NCBI GenBank assembly: GCA_964607485.1
Contig: CAZSKP010000014.1
Coordinates: forward strand, 36,085 to 100,084
Source: an uncultured bacterium
Lineage (GTDB): Bacteria; Abyssobacteria; SURF-5
DNA: 64,000 bases
Direction of reading: 5' to 3'
The notes below the pieces were generated by a model that did not search any database, was not told the origin of the DNA, and saw nothing but the letters and a program-made list of their open reading frames with translations. The translations under genes and the position numbers were made by a program. Position 1 is the stretch's first letter. Each line of letters begins with the position of its first letter. Of the stretch, positions 18,316 to 27,500 are shown one piece after another.

Positions 18316-20175
18316 CTAATCCAACTCGAAGTCCTCTTTCCAATCGTGTGTTTCCTCCCACGTCGGCTGGGACGATTTGTCGAAGAGGTAATTCTCCATC
18401 ACGAGGTAATCCATTTCCGTCCGCATGAAACAACGGTAGGCTTCCTCGGGAGTGCACACGATGGGCTCGCCGCGCACATTAAAACTCGTATTGATCAGTA
18501 CCGGGCAGCCCGTGTGTTTCTTGAAGGTATGAACAAGTTCCCAATAGCGTTCGTTGGTCTCACGATTCACGGTCTGTATTCGCGCCGAGTAATCGATGTG
18601 TGTGACGGCCGGGATGTCGGAGCGGCGGTAATAGAGGCGCTCGAAAAGCGGCAGGTCGTGGTAACCATTCGGCAATGGGTTGAGGCGGTCGGCCCTTACC
18701 GGCGCGACGAGGAGCATGTACGGCGAAGGTCGGTCAAGCTCGAAATAGTCTGCGCAATCTTCTTCAAGCACGGAGGGCGCGAATGGCCGGAAACCCTCAC
18801 GATACTTGATCTTCAGGTTGAGTCGCTTTTGCATGTCGGGGTCTCGCGGGTCCCCGAGGATGCTACGATTGCCCAATGCCCTTGGGCCGTATTCCATGCG
18901 CCCCTGGAACCATCCGACAACGTTCCCTGCCGCCAAGAGCCGGGCTACTTCCTCACAGAGGAGTCGAAAATCCGGGTAATGGCGGTACGGCGCTTCGAAC
19001 CTTCGGGCAACGCGCACGATGTCGGCTGAGCCATACTCGGGCCCCAGCAAAGAGCCTTGCATTTCGTCATGTCCGGGTGTGGGACAGCGCTTCTCATCTT
19101 TCCATATGTGCCAGGCCGCCAGCGCAGCCCCCAATGCGCCGCCGGCGTCGCCCGCAGCCGGCTGAACCCACAGATTCTTGAAAAGCCCGCGGCGCAGCAG
19201 CTTCCCATTGGCGACACAGTTGAGCGTCACTCCTCCCGCGAGCGCGATATTATCCGAGCCAGTCAGTTCAAGTGCCGTGGATGCGAGTCGCAGAAAGATT
19301 TCCTCCGTCACGTGCTGTATTGCCAACGCGAGGTCCATGTAGGACTGAGTGAGTTGGCCATTCAAGGGTCGTGGCGGAATGCCAAACAGTGCCTCCCATC
19401 GGTCGTCGTGACACATGGTGAGACCGGTGGCATAGTTGAAGTACTCCATGTTCAACAGTATTGACCCGTCTTCGCGCAAGTCAACCAATTCGTCCAGAAT
19501 CTGTTGCCGATACCGTTTGGTCCGGTCACTCTCCGGGTTGCCATAGGGGGCGAGGCCCATGAGCTTATACTCGCCGCTGTTGACTCTGAAACCGCAGTAG
19601 TAAGTAAATGCAGAGTAAAGGAGCCCGAGAGAATGAGGAAAATGCAATTCCTTGAGAATCCGAATCTCTTTTCCGCTGCCCTTCCCGATAGTCGTCGTGG
19701 CCCACTCTCCTACCCCGTCGATTGTCAAGATTGCCGCTTCCTCAAACGGTGAAGGGAAAAAAGCACTGGCTGCGTGGGAAAGGTGGTGCTCGGGGAATAA
19801 TAGCGTTGGGTTGCCGTCACCCAGCTTGGCCAACTCCTTCTTCAAGAGCTGGCGCATGAGCAGTTTCTCCTTGATCCAAACGGGCATGGCCGAAAGGAAG
19901 CTCTGCAGCCCCTTTGGAGAAAAGGCGTGATAGGTTTCAAGCAGTCGTTCGAATTTGATGTAGGGCTTATCGTAGAACGCGACGGCGGTCAATTCGGCAG
20001 GAGTGACATTCCCCTCCGCGAGCACGTAAGCTGCCGCTCGAGTGGGAAATGAGGCATCGTACTTCTTCCTGCTGAAGCGCTCCTCCTGGGCTGCGGCTAT
20101 GATGTTGCCGTCAATGATCAATGCGGCAGCGCTGTCGTGATAGTAGGCCGATATGCCCAAAATTGCTGATCGCAT
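18316..20175 (-). CDS. O-carbamoyltransferase (NodU/CmcH/SxtI family)
   Basis: LGISAYYHDSAA, QEERFSRKK, HHLSHAASAF, DGVGE, EYKLMGLA, GPRALGNRSIL, LINTSFNVRGEPIV. Confidence 0.95.
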   Translation of the reverse strand: MRSAILGISAYYHDSAAALIIDGNIIAAAQEERFSRKKYDASFPTRAAAYVLAEGNVTPAELTAVAFYDKPYIKFERLLETYHAFSPKGLQSFLSAMPVWIKEKLLMRQLLKKELAKLGDGNPTLLFPEHHLSHAASAFFPSPFEEAAILTIDGVGEWATTTIGKGSGKEIRILKELHFPHSLGLLYSAFTYYCGFRVNSGEYKLMGLAPYGNPESDRTKRYRQQILDELVDLREDGSILLNMEYFNYATGLTMCHDDRWEALFGIPPRPLNGQLTQSYMDLALAIQHVTEEIFLRLASTALELTGSDNIALAGGVTLNCVANGKLLRRGLFKNLWVQPAAGDAGGALGAALAAWHIWKDEKRCPTPGHDEMQGSLLGPEYGSADIVRVARRFEAPYRHYPDFRLLCEEVARLLAAGNVVGWFQGRMEYGPRALGNRSILGDPRDPDMQKRLNLKIKYREGFRPFAPSVLEEDCADYFELDRPSPYMLLVAPVRADRLNPLPNGYHDLPLFERLYYRRSDIPAVTHIDYSARIQTVNRETNERYWELVHTFKKHTGCPVLINTSFNVRGEPIVCTPEEAYRCFMRTEMDYLVMENYLFDKSSQPTWEETHDWKEDFELD

Positions 20176-20316
20176 CAGCCACTTAGTTCTTCCCGCACGC
20201 TTCGAGCCGTGATTGCTTCCGGGCTGTTCCACATTGTTGCCGATCTTGAGGTACAAAAAGACAGGGGGATTTTCCTGGGGCAAGTACCACTGGTTCTCTA
20301 TAAGCGGAAGGCGGCA

Positions 20317-20466
20317 TCAGAATATTGTGTAAATAAAGGGGGCAATCGCCGAGCCACTGGTGAGGAGAATCAAGGCGCCGAACAGCAACAGACTCAGAAT
20401 GATCGGGAGCAACCAGAACTTCTTTCTGACTCTCAGATATCCCCACAAATCGCTCAGGAGCTCCAT
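20317..20466 (-). CDS. DUF5989 / SxtK-like small membrane protein (49 aa, absent from the ORF track)
   Basis: MELLSDLWGYLRVRKKFWLLPIILSLLLFGALILLTSGSAIAPFIYTIF; RKKxWLxP and APFIYT signature. Confidence 0.9.
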   Translation of the reverse strand: MELLSDLWGYLRVRKKFWLLPIILSLLLFGALILLTSGSAIAPFIYTIF

Positions 20467-20488
20467 AATCTTTTCCCACTTGGAGAAA

Positions 20489-20884
20489 CTAATAAGGTCG
20501 TTCGATATCTTCGGGTCCGTATCTATGGTCGCGCGTGGTAAAGACAGAGGTCTTTCCCTTTTTCCACTGATTCTTCCGCATAAGGTCGGAACCGCCCATC
20601 CGCCGCACCGCCCCCAGCGGAGTTACCACTCCGTAAAAGAGCACTGTCAGGACCACTCTTGAGACTATCGTACCCATCAGATGGGCAATACCAAACCAGA
20701 CTTTCGCCGGATAGAAGAAAAGGTTTGGCCACACCATATCAGCTACCAGGAGCAGCATCGCCAGAAGCAAGAACCTTGGATGCTCTCCGAAGTAAGCCAC
20801 GAAAAGGCAAATCAGGACTAATGCCATGCCTGTGTCTTTAGACTGGTCCCGACTTGTGATTTCGCTCGTGTTCCCTTTTCTCAT
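20489..20884 (-). CDS. SxtJ-family membrane protein
   Basis: KDTGMALVLI, WFGIAHLMG..VSRVVLT.LFY.VVTP.G, C-terminal DIERPY; adjacent to DUF5989 and carbamoyltransferase genes. Confidence 0.85.
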   Translation of the reverse strand: MRKGNTSEITSRDQSKDTGMALVLICLFVAYFGEHPRFLLLAMLLLVADMVWPNLFFYPAKVWFGIAHLMGTIVSRVVLTVLFYGVVTPLGAVRRMGGSDLMRKNQWKKGKTSVFTTRDHRYGPEDIERPY

Positions 20885-20926
20885 GAAAAGAAAAGTTTCC
20901 CCCCTTAGCCGAGGATTTGCGCGTAT

Positions 20927-20956
20927 ATTATATAGAGAGCTTCTGAAGCCTGTCAA
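20927..20956 (-). promoter_or_regulatory. Putative sigma-70 promoter for the sxtJ/K/I-like operon
   Basis: TTGACA-18 nt-TATAAT on the minus strand. Confidence 0.6.
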
Positions 20957-21215
20957 CTAACTGAGGGGTGGTCATAATGACACTTCTCCGAGGAGATGTG
21001 GACTTGTGTAAATCGTATGTATCAAAAAGATGCAGTTGTTGTATGGAAGGCGCAAGAAATGGGGGGGGGAAAGGTCTTCTTCTGGAAAGGTTAGTATTCT
21101 TCACTTGGGCATAGTGCCGCTTTTGGCAAAGCGAAAATAGACACCCAGTCCCGCATACGCACGCATCAAAATGGTAATGACACAGATTCTCATCGCTTCT
21201 TGACAATATGTTGAA

Positions 21216-24200
21216 TCAGCTCGATTCATCCTGCGTCCTCGGGCTTGCATTCGAGCCGGGCGACAGCTCCTCTTTCCACTGCAGATACGTGCTGTAATAC
21301 TGCAGGATTTCCGATTCACATCCAGAGTCAACGGACGTTCCCTCAGGCTCGATGATCTCAATCGCTCCGGCGAATACCTCTCCACTGGAGCCGTTGATGC
21401 TGATGGCGTCCGTCTCCCCGAACGCAAGCGAATCGGCCTGCAAAATCCTCGCGTGCTCGTCGATGATCAGCCCCTGACACCCGGTGATGCACGGCTTGCC
21501 CATGCGACGAGAGTTGATTGCCGCGTGGGAGGTCATCCCGCCCTCTCGCGTGAGCACGCCCTTCGAGGATGCAATCCCGCCGATGTCCCTTGGAGTCGTG
21601 CGGTTCGCTACCAGGATAATGTCCTCGCCTGCCTGGGTTCGGATGATGGCGTCCTCACTGTTGAACGCGAGGTGGCCGGTGGCCACTCCCGGCGATGCGG
21701 GATTTCCCTTCGCAAGCAAATGTCTCGATGCGCTCGGGTCGAACATGGGGAGAAAAAGCTGTCTGAGGCCGGTCTCGTCGAGCCTCCCGACGGCTGTCTG
21801 CTGGTCAATGATACCTTCGTTGGCAAGCTCGACTGCAATTCTCAAAGCCGCCAAATCCGTCCGCTTCGCCGGCCGCGTCTGGAGCAGATAGAGCGCATTC
21901 CCCTCGACCGTGAACTCGATGTCTTGCACGTCGCGCAAGTGCGCCTCGAGCTTGCGTGCCACCGCCTCGAGCTCGCGAAACGTTTCCGGAAAACGATGTT
22001 CCAGCGAGAAAGAGGGGTCTGTGCCATCGCGTGCCGAGCTCAGCGGCAGCGGTTCGCCGTGGCCGCACACCAGCACCTCGCCTTGTGAACGCGGCAGATA
22101 CTCTCCGAAAATTTGGCGGTCTCCGGTTACGGGATTGCGCGAGAAGACTACTCCCGAGCACGATTCCGGGCAGAGGTTGCCAAACACCATCTGCTGGATG
22201 GTGGCCGCCGTGCAGAACTGGTGGGGGATGTTGAAAATCTGGCGGTAAGTGATGGCGCTGTCGCTCTGCCATGACAAGAATATCGCTCTGAGCGCCCCCA
22301 TGAGCTGTTCTCGCGGGTCCTGCGGGAGGGGAGCGCCGATGGCGTCCGCAACTCTCTTCAACAGGGTCTTCACCATCCGTTTCATCTCTTCCGCGGACGC
22401 GCACGCCGGATTACTCTCGGCAAGAGCCGGCTCGCGCGTGTCGGAATAGCCCATGACGGAGGAGGCGTACTTTGATATCAGCCTGAAATAGCACTCGTAC
22501 GCAAACAGAGAGTCACCGGTGATATGGGCCAAACCTTCGACTGTTTCGTCGTTAAGCCCAATATTCAAGACGGTGTCCAACATCCCCGGCATTGAAACGC
22601 ACGCGCCCGCCCGCACCGCCAGCAGAAGCGGCTTCTCCGGAGAGCCGAGCCTGCACCCGGTGATTTCTTCCAGCTCCTCGATGCTCTCGGACAGGAGCTT
22701 CTGGGTGCGGTTACACAAGACATGGCCGTCGGAGAAGAACATGTTGCACACTTTCGATGTGAGCGTAAACCCGGGAGGCACATTCAGCCCCAGCCGGGCC
22801 ATTTCGGCAAGGAATGCGCCTTTCTCCCCCAGTATCGGGTAATGCGCCACCTGCCCCTCGGCTGCTCCCGGCCGGAAGAAATAGGCGAGTTTGGCCGGGT
22901 CAACCTTTTTAGAGATTGCGTCCAGGTCGCGCCTGATTCGGGCCACCTTAATGGCGGAGATTTCCCTGATGGGCGGATGACGCACGCGCTTCATGAACTC
23001 GGCGATGCGCGCGCGAGAGAAATTGAGCAGCCTCAGCGTAAGCTCGGAAAGATGTTGCAGCGTCGTCTCGCGGAATAGGCCGTCCACGAACGCGCTCGCC
23101 GCCTCGTCGGCGTGCGGAATCTGGCGTGACGAAAGAATTTCGCGCGTGGTATCGTAATAGGTCTGAACGATCTTGTCCGTCGCCGCTCCTATCTCGGCGT
23201 TGATACGCTCGACGATCGAATAGACGGTATAGAAGTTGAGGTCGCTCGATTCCTTGAGCGCGAGGAGCTGCCTGCCGTAGTCTCTGATTTTCTTCGTGCA
23301 CTGTCCCTTGGCGCGCACGCTCAAAATCATCGAATGCATCACATCGATGGCCAGCGGAAGCGCCTCGACCGTGATGTCGGCCAGAATCACATTGCTCGCC
23401 TCGCCGTAGATAATGTAGCCGAGACGTTCGAGTGTCAGGTCGAGCCAGATGGCCTCCAGCGTTACCTCGATTGTCCGCGTTTGAACCAGCGGATTCTTGA
23501 TTGTGTCGCGCAGCGATATCCGCACCTCGCCGAGCATCAAGGCGGCGTTGAGGATGTCCCGCGCTCGCAGATACCCGATGAATCGCTCGAGCGATTCGAA
23601 CAGATGGGGGAAGAAGAGAGAAACCGCCTCGCGCCGCCATGAATCGATGAGGGCATGTATCTCCTCCGGCTCCTTTTTGTCTGCGCTTGTCAGCCCGGCC
23701 CTCAAGTTCTCGAAAAGTCGTTTGACATTGGGATTCTCTGCGTCGAGAATCGATTCTTCGAGCAGATTGACGAGAATCTCCACATTGGTTTCAATCAACG
23801 ATCTGTTCCGCTTCTCGATACTGCCGAGGAGATACCGAAGCTGGCTGTTGACCCGGGGCGATACAATCTGCGAAATGTTGCTGAGGAGTTGGTATATGTC
23901 TTCTACCCGGTCTTCGATGTTCCCCGGATGGGGCTCAAAAACATTTGCGAGTTCCCTCTCCAGCTCTTTCAACAAGCCGAGTATCGGCTGGAATTTGTCG
24001 GGGCGGTACTGAAACACTTTCTGATACTTGTTTATTGCGGTCAGAGGCTCGGAGTCGGCGTTCTCCACATAGGCGAGGAGCGCTCGCACGAGGTCGAGGT
24101 TGCGCGGAGAGAGCTTGCTGTGGATTTCTCCCCTGATATCCTCGGTGATGGGGGATGGGAACGCGTATTCTATCTCTTCGGCGAGCCCGCGCAACGCCCG

Positions 24201-24530
24201 AATCTCGTCTTGCGACGCGCCGAAGAAGGGCAGGCTCTTGACCAGTTGCCGCACGAGCAGATACATGTCGTCCGAGGACAGGTCTATGCACATCAGTTCT
24301 TCGAGCTTCTCGCGCATCTGCTTCGAGAGCGCAATGCTATCGGCCTTCTCGGCGAAGCCGCTGCCCCGGTAGCCGGCCAGGCTGCCCGTCTCAACGCGCA
24401 GATTCACGTTGAGCGCCTTGATGAGGTCGGTGCTGCCGAGCGGGTCGGAGACAATTCGCTCGATGCAGGCGAACACCTTCTCCCAGCTATTGATGGGCTC
24501 AAACTCTGATTCTTTGACCTCAACACTCAT
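21216..24530 (-). CDS. PPDK-derived dikinase: ~550-aa helical N-terminal region + ATP-grasp domain + swivelling phospho-His domain, no pyruvate-binding barrel
   Basis: GEKGAFLAEM, VPPGFT, AVRAG..SMPGMLDTVLN, QQMVFGN, QDIEFT, LQTR, GGMTSHAA; ends soon after the His domain; alternative start at 24560. Confidence 0.85.
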   Translation of the reverse strand: MSVEVKESEFEPINSWEKVFACIERIVSDPLGSTDLIKALNVNLRVETGSLAGYRGSGFAEKADSIALSKQMREKLEELMCIDLSSDDMYLLVRQLVKSLPFFGASQDEIRALRGLAEEIEYAFPSPITEDIRGEIHSKLSPRNLDLVRALLAYVENADSEPLTAINKYQKVFQYRPDKFQPILGLLKELERELANVFEPHPGNIEDRVEDIYQLLSNISQIVSPRVNSQLRYLLGSIEKRNRSLIETNVEILVNLLEESILDAENPNVKRLFENLRAGLTSADKKEPEEIHALIDSWRREAVSLFFPHLFESLERFIGYLRARDILNAALMLGEVRISLRDTIKNPLVQTRTIEVTLEAIWLDLTLERLGYIIYGEASNVILADITVEALPLAIDVMHSMILSVRAKGQCTKKIRDYGRQLLALKESSDLNFYTVYSIVERINAEIGAATDKIVQTYYDTTREILSSRQIPHADEAASAFVDGLFRETTLQHLSELTLRLLNFSRARIAEFMKRVRHPPIREISAIKVARIRRDLDAISKKVDPAKLAYFFRPGAAEGQVAHYPILGEKGAFLAEMARLGLNVPPGFTLTSKVCNMFFSDGHVLCNRTQKLLSESIEELEEITGCRLGSPEKPLLLAVRAGACVSMPGMLDTVLNIGLNDETVEGLAHITGDSLFAYECYFRLISKYASSVMGYSDTREPALAESNPACASAEEMKRMVKTLLKRVADAIGAPLPQDPREQLMGALRAIFLSWQSDSAITYRQIFNIPHQFCTAATIQQMVFGNLCPESCSGVVFSRNPVTGDRQIFGEYLPRSQGEVLVCGHGEPLPLSSARDGTDPSFSLEHRFPETFRELEAVARKLEAHLRDVQDIEFTVEGNALYLLQTRPAKRTDLAALRIAVELANEGIIDQQTAVGRLDETGLRQLFLPMFDPSASRHLLAKGNPASPGVATGHLAFNSEDAIIRTQAGEDIILVANRTTPRDIGGIASSKGVLTREGGMTSHAAINSRRMGKPCITGCQGLIIDEHARILQADSLAFGETDAISINGSSGEVFAGAIEIIEPEGTSVDSGCESEILQYYSTYLQWKEELSPGSNASPRTQDESS

Positions 24531-24549
24531 TCTGCCGTCAGATGCTCCC

Positions 24550-27500
24550 TCAGCGTTCATCCAGCCCGTCGAGCGCCGACAGCGTCCGCGTCGCCAGATA
24601 CTTCAAGGCCGCGCCGCCGCCCGTACACAAGGTAAACTTCTCCTTCGCCGCCTCGATTCCGCCCATGCGACGATTCACGGCGGCAACTCCGTCGCCGCCG
24701 ACCACGAGCTTTGCCTTGGCCGGGCACTGCGCGATGGCGTCCACAATCCAGTTTGTTCCCTCAGCGAATTGCTCCACTTCGTAGAGCCCGACGGTTCCGT
24801 TGTAGATGATCGTGCCTGCTTCAGCGAGAATGGCTTGAATCTCGCCCGCCGTCCTTGTGGCGGCGCCGTCGCTCGCGGCCGCAATATCAAACAGGTATGA
24901 ACCGAAAGGAATGCTTTCCGCATCAAGAACGCGCGAAGACACTCGCAGGAGCGGCCTGAACTTGTCGGGCAGCTCGAAGGCAACGTGCACGTCCTTGGGA
25001 ATCACGACCTTGACGTCGAATTCAGCCGCCAGCTCTATCAGCCTGTGGGCGGCCGCCACCTCGCGCTCGACCTCGAGCACGTCGGCACCCGAGAGCGAGT
25101 TGCCGGCCGACAGGCCGCTCGCAACGAGAAAGGCCGGGGATGCCGTCACAAATGTCTGAATGGCGCCATGGCGTATCATTGCTTCGACCGCGGGAATCTT
25201 TTCGCTTATCTTTACGCCGCTGACGAAAGCGACGACGGGCCGGCTGGCCTCGCGCAGTATTCCATCGAGAGTTTCAAGCTCGCTCCCCGTCAGCAAACCC
25301 AACACTTTATGCCCGTGGACGAGGTTCATCAGCGGCAGAAACGAGGCGTGAAGCCCGCGATGGGAGGCGCCGAACGCGCTGTTGACATAGTTAACCCGTC
25401 GCTGCGAGTCCGGGTCGAGATGGCCGAAGAGCGTGTCAAAAATGGCCTTCGCGAAATGCCGATTGCCCGACTCCTCTCCTTCGTGGAAACGCAGATTCTC
25501 GAGATAGAGAACCTGACCGGGCCCGAGGCCGCGCGCGAGTGACGCTGTCTGGGCATCGACGACGCCGGGCGCCATGAAGAAATCCCTCTCGGGAACAAGG
25601 ACATTCCGGTCCCGCAGTATTTCGGCGAACCGCTGGCCTGCAATCCTCAAACTGAACAGGTCAATGACTTGACCGTCCTCCGTCTGGAGGAACTGGAAAT
25701 CTCTCTTGCGCCCATTGTGCGACATCACAATGACTCTCGCGTTTCGCTTGATGAGGTGCGCAATGTCGTCCGCGCTTGCAAATATCCGATGGTCATCGAT
25801 GATTGAAGGTCTTATGGTGTTGGTGGCCGGGTCATAAAGCGGCTCCACGACGTTATGGTCAACCCGTACCATCCAGTACATGCCGTCGAACGCTTCGTCA
25901 GGCAGGTCGAGAAGCGAGGATTTCTTTGAATAGGGACTCTCGGATTTCGGGGGCACGTCGGGCACATAGGGAAATTGTGTGAAATCCTTCTGGTACGCCT
26001 TTTCCGCAGGCAGCATCACTTCTTCGAGGAATTCGACGTACATTTTCGACGGTCGCCACTCGTTTTCGTACCAGCCGATCAACTGGATGACGGTCATTGG
26101 CTCGCCGCTGGGAGCCACGAAATGGACGACCTCGACGTTCCTCTTACACAGCGTTACGCCCGCCTCCGCAAGCTCTCGCAGCAGTCTGATTTGCGTTGAG
26201 CGGTCGATTTCCTTGTCCCTGAGGAACTGAAATCTCTGATGGTCGCCCTCGCGGCATGCATCCTCCAGCACTTTGGCGGCAGCCTCGATATCATCAATCG
26301 TGTAATGTCCTCGGAGCACATAGGTGGGAGCCATGATGGAAACAGTTTCTATCGGGAACCGTATCGAGTACACCGGCGTGTGTGAAGTTCCCGCGGCGTC
26401 CACGAGAGCGGTGCTGGCGCTTGCGCCCGACGTCGTCTCGAAGATGTTTCCTGTCGCGTCGGTGCCGCGCCGTATGTCTTTCTTGTACTCTATCGGGTCG
26501 ATTATGTCGGGGCCGACGTGCTCGCCGGTGAGCGCGTGATAGGTCGGCCCGATTCCCTCGAGCACCATTGCGCCGGCAACCTCGTAGAATCCGTTCCAGT
26601 CAAACCGGCCCTCCTCGGCGCCGCGGTGCATTGCCACCTCGACGAGACGGTTCAGATTGGCCAGACATCCAGTCGTGCACGAGGCCGGGGAAAGAAAGTA
26701 ATGCTTCGCGGGATCATACTTGTGGTCATTGATGTGCCTTATGAAGGTGGCATCGCGCCACTCGTCTTCCTTGCTCGAGCCGGGCGCGGTGATCATTGCC
26801 CGCAGGGCGCCGGCGCGCCTGTGGCGGTTGACGCCGTCCAAGTTGTTGAAGCGGCCAGTCGCATCTATGGCGACGTGTACAGGCATCCCGGCCAGTATGA
26901 AGCATTTCCACGGATAGTTCGCCGGGTCTCTGAATACCGGGTGGCTGAACACGAGCGATCGCTTCCCGTCCAGCTCAATCCAATCACGACCGTATTGAAC
27001 GGTGCCCGGATAGCGACCCTGAACATAATCCTTCTCGTTCATCAGCTCGGCGAGGCGCTTGGCATCGGGGCCGCCCACCGCGATGACGCGCAGCGTGTCG
27101 CTCTTCGAGGCTATGCGGAACGTGCAGCTTCCCATGCGGCCGCCCGGAGCGTTGATGGTGATGTTGTACACTCCCGGCAGTGAGGGATACAGTATCGAGT
27201 TCGGCCTGCTGATGGTCTGCCATCGCTGTCGCTGTCCATCATACTGGTCGATCGACAGAAAGGTCACCCGGTCGAAGAGCTCCGTCTTCTCGTTGTAATC
27301 CAGGTGATGAACCCGGATGGTCGCCCGGAGCTTGTCGCCGTATTCGTATACATCATGTATCAGTATTTCCCAGTCGTATTCGCGGCTGAGCCGGAGCGCG
27401 TATTTGCGAAGCGCATCGTAGTATCGCCCCATCACATGATGCACATTCTCAAGCGACGCGGCGGTGAGCAGCGAAGTCGCGTACAGCTTGTGCCGGTTCT

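Noticed and set aside
17003-20884. Saxitoxin biosynthesis cluster
   Set aside because: No sxtA, sxtG or other core genes; the carbamoyltransferase module is widespread on its own
21061-21069. G9 homopolymer (and G8 at 16736-16743) as phase-variation tracts
   Set aside because: Both are intergenic and not within a recognisable promoter spacer or CDS
21216-24530. Annotation as canonical pyruvate phosphate dikinase (ppdK)
   Set aside because: Pyruvate-binding barrel is absent, no frameshifted remainder was recognised downstream, and a long unrelated N-terminal region is present
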